A stretch of DNA of 32,000 nucleotides, from the NCBI RefSeq assembly GCF_054903095.1, contig NZ_CM142801.1; one strand, 5' to 3'. The position numbers and the translations under genes are program-made. The notes below the pieces were generated by a model that did not search any database, was not told the origin of the DNA, and was given only the letters and a program-made list of their open reading frames with translations. Positions 1-9,000 of this stretch are shown piece by piece (position 1 is the stretch's first letter; every line of letters begins with the position of its first letter).

Positions 1-3000
1 AAGCTGGTCTATGAACAATATTATGGCGATGAAGTGGCGCTGTTTGGTAAAGACGAGCGACAAAATGATCCTCACGCGATTACCGCAGGTTTGAGTTACA
101 CCCCCGTTCCCCTGATCTCCTTTAGTGCCGAGCAACGGCAGGGCAAACAGGGAGAAAACGACACCCGAATTGGTATGGAGTTGACGTTGCAACCCGGTCA
201 TTCACTGCAAAAACAGCTCGATCCGGCTGAAGTTGCAGCACGACGCAGCCTTGTGGGCAGTCGCTATGACCTGGTCGATCGTAATAACAATATTGTCCTC
301 GAATATCGCAAGAAAGAGCTGGTGCGGCTGACGCTGACCGATCCGTTGAAAGGCAAGCCGGGTGAGGTTAAATCGCTGGTTTCTTCCTTGCAAACCAAAT
401 ATGCGCTGAAAGGTTATGACATTGAAGCCGCCTCCCTGCAATCAGCGGGCGGAAAAGTAGCTGTTTCCGGCAAGGATATTCAGGTCACCATTCCTCCCTA
501 CCGATTCACGGCAATGCCTGAAACCGACAACACTTACCCGATAGCGGTTACAGCGGAAGATTCGAAAGGAAATTTCTCCCGGCGTGAAGAAAGTATGGTG
601 GTCGTGGAAAAACCCACACTAAGCCTCGCCGATTCAACGCTTTCTGTCGATCTGCAAATCCTGCTTGCTGATGGAAAATCAACCTCAACGCTGACCTATA
701 CCGCGCGAGATTCCAGCGGCAAGCCGATCCCCGGTATGACGTTAAAAACACAGGCAAAAGGTTTGCAGGATTTCGCCTTAAGCGAATGGAAAGACAACGG
801 TAACGGAACCTATACCCAAATAGTTACCGCCGGGAAGACGTCTGGCGCGTTATCGCTGATGCCGCAATTTAACGGCGACAATGTTGCTAAGACGCCGGCG
901 CTGATTGCTATCGTGGCGAATACAGCATCCCGCGCTGACTCCACGATTGAGACAGACCAGGATAATTACGTCGCGGGTAAGCCGATAGTCGTTAAAGTGA
1001 CCCTGAGAGATGATAACGGCAACGGGGTTACCGGAAGAAAAGAACTTCTTAAACAAGCCGTTAAAGTAGACAACACGAAGGCTGATGCCGTTAGTGCCTG
1101 GACGGAAGAAAGTGAGGGAATTTATAAAGCAAGCTATACGGCCCATCTTATTGGCGACAAATTAACGGCCCAGCTGACGATGCCCGGCTGGAAAACCAAA
1201 CATTCGGATGCGTTCAGTATTGCGGGTGATAAAGATACCGCCAAAATCGCTGCGATGCAGATCACCGCGAATAACGCAGTTGCCAGACGCGATCACAATA
1301 CCGTCGCTGTGACGGTCAGGGATGTGCATCAAAATTTACTGCAGGGACAAAATGTTACCTTCACGGTCGTGAATGGTGCGGCGGTTTTTGCCGATCCAAA
1401 TGGCGGTATTGTGACGACAGATAAAGACGGGATTGCCAGCATTAACCTTGCCAGTGACCAGGCGGTAAACAGTCTTATCAAGGCCGAGATCAATGGCAGT
1501 AGTCAGTCTGTGGAAGTGAGCTTTATCACTGGCGATATCTCGCAGCTGACCTCCACCATCAAAACGGACGATGTGACATACACCGCGGGTGGCCAGATAA
1601 AAGTGTCCGTCACCCTTATGGATGAGCAGAAAAACCTGGTGAAAGGGATGGCTTCGCTGCTGGCGGGTAGCGGTGTGGTCGAGGTGAGCGGTACAGATAA
1701 AAATGAAACGGGTAACTGGAGCGAAGAGTCTGACGGCGTTTACACCACCACCCGAACCGCGAAGATTGCTGGCGATCGCCATTACGCCACGCTGAAACTA
1801 TCGACATGGAGTAGCGCGCAGCAATCCGATGCGTATGCCATCCGCGAAAGCGGAGCTGTGCTGGCTTATTCCTCCATCGTTACCGACAAAACGGCCTACA
1901 CCGCGGGCGGTGCGATAAAAGTTACGGTGACACTCAAGGATAGCTATGAAAACCTGGTCGGGGGGCAACGATACGCTATCAACCAGGCTATCCAGCTGCC
2001 AAATACAAAAGCGGAAAGCATCGCCTGGAATGAAGATCAAAAAGGAATTTATACCGCAACGTATACCGCATTACTCCCTGGCACCGGTTTAAAAGCACAG
2101 CTACAGATGTCCGGCTGGGCGAGCGCTTTGACTTCAAATGATTACAGTATTAGTGGCGATGCCGCCAGCGCACAAATTGTCGCGATGCAAGTGACAACGG
2201 GTAACCCGGATGTGCTGGCGAATGGCAGCGATCGACATACGGTGAATGTCCGGGTGGAAGATCAGTTTGGCAATGTGCTGCCGGAGCAGACCGTCACCTT
2301 TACGGTGACGAAGGGGGCGGCTGTATTTGCCAATGCAGGGCAGAGCGCAGATATCAGGACGGATGCGCATGGCATGGCAGAGGTTGATCTGAGCAGTACC
2401 GTAGCGGATGCCAGCACTGTTGAGGCTAAGGTTAATCAAAGCAGCGATAGTAAAACGGTGAACTTTGTTGCTGATGTTAGCACGGCGCAGGTCGCGGAGC
2501 TGGTGGTCATTAAGGATGGTTCAGAGGCGGACGGTTCGACGGCGAACACGCTGCGGGTGAAGGTCACCGATGCGTTCGGTAATACGCTTGCCGGGCAGAC
2601 GGTCAGCGTGTTGGCAGGCAACGGTGCCACGACTGCTCCGACAGTCACTACGCAGCCGGATGGCACGGTGGAGATCTCTGTCACCAGCCAGACGGCCGGA
2701 ACCAGTGCGGTCACTGCCAGCATCAACACCAGCAGCCAGAGCCGGGATGTGACATTTATCGCAGATGTCGGGACGGCGAAGATCGCTGATCTGGTGGTCA
2801 TTAAGGATGGTTCAGAGGCGGACGGTTCGACGGCGAACACGCTGCGGGTGAGGGTGACGGATGCGTTCGGGAACACGCTAGCCGGGCAGACGGTCAGCGT
2901 GTTGGCGGACAACGGCGCAACGACAGCCCCAACGGTCATCACAGAGCCGGACGGGACGTTGGAGATCTCAGTCACCAGCCAGACGGCGGGAGTCAGTGCA

Positions 3001-6000
3001 GTCACTGCAACCATCAACAGCAGTACTCAGAGTCAGAACGTGACATTTATCGCCGATGTCAGGACGGCGAAGATCGCGGATCTGGTGGTCATTAAGGATG
3101 GTTCAGAGGCGGACGGTTCGACGGCGAACACGCTGCGGGCGAGGGTCACCGATGCGTTCGGTAATGCACTTGCCGGACAGACGGTCAGCGTGTTGGCGGA
3201 CAACGGCGCAACGGTTGCTTCGACCGTCACCACAGAGCCGGACGGCACGGTGGAGATCAGTGTCACCAGCCAGACGGCAGGCACCAGTGCGGTCACTGCC
3301 AGCATTAACAACAGCACCCTGAGTCAGAACGTGACATTTATCGCCGATGTCAGGACGGCGAAGATCGCAGACCTGGTGGTCATTAAGGACGACTCAGTGG
3401 CAGACGGTGCAATGGCGAATATGCTGCGGGCGAGGGTCACCGATGCGTTCGGTAATGCGCTTGCCGGACAGACGGTCAGCGTGTTGGCAGGCAACGGTGC
3501 CACGACTGCTCCGACGGTCACCACGCAGCCGGACGGCACGGTGGAGATCTCTGTCACCAGCCAGACCGCCGGAACCAGTGCGGTCACCGCCAGCATCAAC
3601 AACAGCAGCCAGAGCCGGAACGTGACGTTTATTGCCGATGTCAGCACGGCGAAGATCGCGGACCTGGTGGTCATTAAGGACGACTCAGTGGCAGACGGCG
3701 CAATGGCGAATACGCTGCAGGTGAAGGTGACCGATGCGTTCGGGAATACACTTGCCGGGCAGACGGTCAGCGTGACGGCAGGCAACGGCGCAACGGTTGC
3801 TCCGGTGGTCACCACGCAGCCGGACGGCACGGTGGAAATCAGTGTCACCAGCCAGACGGCGGGAGTCAGTGCAGTCACTGCAACCATCAACAGCAGTACT
3901 CAGAGTCAGAACGTGACATTTATCGCCGATGTCAAGACGGCGAAGATCGCGGATCTGGTGGTCATTAAGGACGACTCAGTGGCAGACGGTGCAATGGCGA
4001 ACACGCTGCGGGTGAAGGTCACCGATGCGTTCGGTAATGCGCTTGCCGGACAGACGGTCAGCGTGTTGGCAGGCAACGGTGCCACGACTGCTCCGACGGT
4101 CACCACGCAGCCGGACGGCACGGTGGAGATCTCTGTCACCAGCCAGACGGCAGGCACCAGTGCGGTCACTGCCAGCATCAACAGCAGCAGCCTGAGCCGG
4201 AACGTGACGTTTGTTGCCGATGTCAGGACGGCGAAGATCGCGAGTCTGGAGGTGACGCAGGATAACTCAGTGGCTGACGGCGCAATGGCGAACACGCTGC
4301 GGGTGAAGGTCACCGATGCGTTCGGGAATGCGCTGAATGGACAGACGGTCAGCGTGATGGCGGACAACGGCGCAACGGTTGCCCCGACGGTGATCACCGA
4401 GCCGGACGGCACGGTGGAAATCAGTGTCACCAGCCAGACGGCGGGAGTCAGTGCAGTCACTGCAACCATCAACAGCAGTAGCCAGAGTCAGAACGTGATA
4501 TTTATCGCCGATGTCAGCACGGCGAAGATCGCTGATCTGGTGGTCATTAAGGATGGTTCAGAGGCGGACGGTTCGACGGCGAACACGCTGCGGGTGAGGG
4601 TGACCGATGCGTTCGGGAACACACTAGCCGGGCAGACGGTCAGCGTGTTGGCGGATAACGGCGCAACGGTCACTCCGACTGTCATCACAGGGCAGGACGG
4701 CACAGTGGAGATCAGTGTCACCAGTCAGACGGCGGGCACCAGTGCGGTCACTGCAACCATCAACAGCAGCAGCCAGAGCCGGGATGTGACGTTTGTTGCC
4801 GATGTCAGGACGGCGAAGATCGCTGATCTGGTGGTCATTAAGGACGACTCAGTGGCTGACGGTGCAATGGCGAATATGCTGCGGGCGAGGGTCACCGATG
4901 CATTCGGGAATGCGCTGAATGGACAGACGGTCAGCGTGACGGCAGACAACAGCGCAACGGTGTCTCCGACGGTCACTACAGAGCCGGACGGCACGGCGGA
5001 GATCTCTGTCACCAGCCAGACCGCCGGAATCAGTGCGGTCACTGCAACCATCAACAACAGCACCGCGAGCCAGAACGTGATGTTTATCGCCGATGTCAGG
5101 ACGGCGAAGATCGCGGACCTGGTGGTCATTAAGGACGACTCAGTGGCAGACGGTGCAATGGCGAATATGCTGCGGGTGAAGGTCACCGATGCATTCGGTA
5201 ATGCGCTTACCGGTCAGACGGTCAGCGTGATGGCAGGCAACGGCGCAACGGTTGCCCCAACGGTGATTACAGAGCCGGACGGCACGGCGGAGATCAGTGT
5301 CACCAGCCAGACGGCGGGAGTCAGTGCAGTCACTGCCAGTATCAACAACAGCACCCTGAGCCGGGACGTGACGTTTATTGCGGATGTCAGGACGGCGCAG
5401 ATCGCGGACCTGGTGGTCATTAAGGACGGCTCAGTGGCAGACGGTTCGACGGCGAACACGCTGCGGGCGAGGGTCACGGATGCGTTCGGTAATACGCTTG
5501 CCGGGCAGACGGTCAGCGTGATGGCAGGCAACGGTGCCACGACTGCTCCGACGGTCACCACGCAGCCGGACGGCACGGTGGAGATCTCTGTCACCAGCCA
5601 GACCGCCGGAACCAGTGCGGTCACCGCCAGCATCAACAACAGCAGCCAGAGCCGGGACGTGACGTTTATCGCCGATGTCAGGACGGCGCAGATTGCGGTG
5701 CTGGAAGTGACGCAGGATAACGCCGTGGCTGACGGCGCAATGGCGAATACGCTGCGGGCGAGGGTGACCGATGCGTTCGGTAATACGCTTGCCGGGCAGA
5801 CGGTCAGCGTGATGGCAGGCAACGGCGCAACGGTCGCTCCGACTGTCATCACAGGGCAGGACGGGACGGTGGAAATCAGTGTCACCAGCCAGACGGCGGG
5901 CACCAGTGCGGTCACCGCCAGCATCAACAGCAGTACCGCGAGCCGGAACGTCACGTTTATCGCCGATGTCAGGACGGCGCAGATCGCGGATCTGGTGGTC

Positions 6001-9000
6001 ATTAAGGACGACTCAGTGGCAGACGGTGCAATGGCGAATATGCTGCGGGCGAGGGTCACCGATGCGTTCGGTAATGCGCTTGCCGGACAGACGGTCAGCG
6101 TGATGGCAGGCAACGGTGCCACGACTGCTCCGACGGTCACCACGCAGCCGGACGGCACGGTGGAGATCAGTGTCACCAGTCAGACCGCCGGAATCAGTGC
6201 GGTCACCGTCAGCATCAACAACAGCACCCTGAGCCAGAACGTGACATTTATCGCTGATGTCAGGACGGCGCAGATCGCGGATCTGGTGGTCATTAAGGAT
6301 GGTTCAGAGGCGGACGGTTTGACGGCGAACACGCTACGGGCGAGGGTGACCGATGCGTTCGGTAATGCGCTTGCCGGGCAGACGGTCAGCGTGACGGCAG
6401 GCAACGGCGCAACGGTTGCTCCGACGGTGATTACAGAGCTGGACGGTATGGTGGAGATCAGTGTCACCAGCCAGACGGCGGGCACCAGTACAGTCACTGC
6501 CGGTATCAACAACAGCAGTCAGAGCCGGAACGTGACATTTGTCGCCGATGTCAGGACGGCGCAGATCGCGGATCTGGTCGTTAGCCAGGATAACGCCGTG
6601 GCTGACGGCGCAATGGCGAACACGCTGCGGGCGAGGGTGACCGATGCGTTCGGTAATACGCTTGCCGGGCAGACGGTCAGCGTGACGGCAGGCAACGGCG
6701 CAACGGTTGCTCCGACGGTGATTACAGAGCCGGACGGTATGGTGGAGATCAGTGTCACCAGCCAGACGGCGGGCACCAGTACAGTCACTGCCGGTATCAA
6801 CAACAGCAGTCAGAGCCGGAACGTGACATTTGTCGCCGATGTCAGGACGGCGCAGATCGCGGATCTGGTCGTTAGCCAGGATAACGCCGTGGCTGACGGC
6901 GCAATGGCGAACACGCTGCGGGTGAAGGTCACCGATGCGTTCGGTAATGTGCTTGCCGGGCAGACGGTCAGCGTGTTGGCAGGCAACGGTGCCACGACTG
7001 CTCCGACGGTCACCACGCAGCCGGACGGGACGGCGGAGATCTCTGTCACCAGCCAGACCGCCGGAATCAGTGCGGTCACTGCCAGTATCAACAACAGCAC
7101 CGCGAGCCAGAACGTGATGTTTATCGCCGATGTCAGGACGGCGAAGATCGCGGATCTGGTGGTTATTAAGGATGGTTCAGAGGCGGACGGTTCGACGGCG
7201 AACACGCTGCGGGCGAGGGTGACCGATGCATTCGGTAATACGCTGGGCGGGCAGACGGTCAGCGTGTTGGCGGATAACGGCGCAACGGTCGCTTCGACGA
7301 TGACCACTCAGCCGGATGGCACGGTGGAGATCAGTGTCACCAGCCAGACGGCGGGCACCAGTACAGTCACTGCAACCATCAACAACAGCACCCTGAGTCA
7401 GAACGTGATGTTTATCGCCGATGTCAGCACGGCGCAGATCGCGAGTCTGGAGGTGACGCAGGATAACTCAGTGGCTGACGGCGCAATGGCGAACATGCTG
7501 CGGGCGAGGGTGACCGATGCGTTCGGTAATGCGCTTGCCGGACAGACGGTCAGCGTGATGGCAGGCAACGGTGCCACGACTGCTCCGACGGTCACCACGC
7601 AGCCGGACGGCACGGTGGAGATCTCTGTCACCAGCCAGACGGCGGGGATCAGTACAGTCACCGCAACCATCAACAGCAGCAGTCAGAGCCGGGATGTGAC
7701 ATTTATCGCCGATGTCAGGACGGCGCAGATCGCGGATCTAGAGGTCACCCGGGATAACTCAGTGGCAGACGGCGCAATGGCGAATATGCTGCGGGCGAGG
7801 GTGACGGATGCGTTCGGTAATGCGCTTGGCGGGCAGACGGTCAGCGTGTTGGCGGACAACGGCGTAACGACTGCCCCGACGGTGATCACCGAGCAGGACG
7901 GCACGGTGGAGATCAGTGTCACCAGCCAGACGGCGGGCACCAGTGCCGTCACCGCCAGTATCAACAGCAGTACCGCGAGCCGGAACGTGACGTTTATCGC
8001 CGATGTCAGGACGGCGCAGATCGCGAGTCTGGAGGTGACGCAGGATAACGCCGTGGCTGACGGCGCAATGGCGAACACGCTGCGGGTGAGGGTGACGGAT
8101 GCGTTCGGGAACACGCTAGCCGGGCAGACGGTCAGCGTGTTGGCGGACAACGGCGCAACGACAGCCCCGACGGTCATCACAGAGCCGGACGGGACGTTGG
8201 AGATCTCAGTCACCAGCCAGACGGCGGGAGTCAGTGCAGTCACTGCAACCATCAACAGCAGTACTCAGAGTCAGAACGTGACATTTATCGCCGATGTCAG
8301 GACGGCGAAGATCGCGGATCTGGTGGTCATTAAGGATGGTTCAGAGGCGGACGGTTCGACGGCGAACACGCTGCGGGCGAGGGTCACCGATGCGTTCGGT
8401 AATGCACTTGCCGGACAGACGGTCAGCGTGTTGGCGGACAACGGTGCAGCGGTCGCTCCGACGGTCACCACGCATCCGGACGGCACGGTGGAGATCTCTG
8501 TCACCAGTCAGACGGCGGGAGTCAGTACAGTCACTGCCAGCATCAACAGCAGCAGTCAGAGCCGGGATGTGACATTTATCGCCGATGCCAGCACGGCGCA
8601 GATCGCGGACCTGGTGGTCATTAAGGATGGTTCAGAGGCGGACGGTTCGACGGTGAACACGCTGCGGGCGAGGGTGACCGATGCATTCGGTAATACGCTG
8701 GGCGGACAGACGGTCAGCGTGTTGGCGGACAACGGTGCAACGGTTTCCCCGACGGTCACCACGCAGCCGGACGGTACGGTGGAGATCTCAGTCACCAGTC
8801 AGACGGCGGGAGTCAGTACAGTCACTGCCAGCATCAACAACAGCAGCCTGAGCCGGAACGTGACGTTTGTCGCCGATGTCAGGACGGCGAAGATAGCGGA
8901 TCTGGTGGTTATTAAGGATGGTTCAGAGGCGGACGGTTCGACGGCGAACACGCTGCGGGCGAGGGTGACCGATGCGTTCGGTAATACGCTTGCCGGACAG

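Noticed and set aside
34-36. Start of the adhesin CDS at 34
   Set aside because: This is an internal GTG. The frame is open to base 1 with conserved barrel sequence, so the real start is outside the window.
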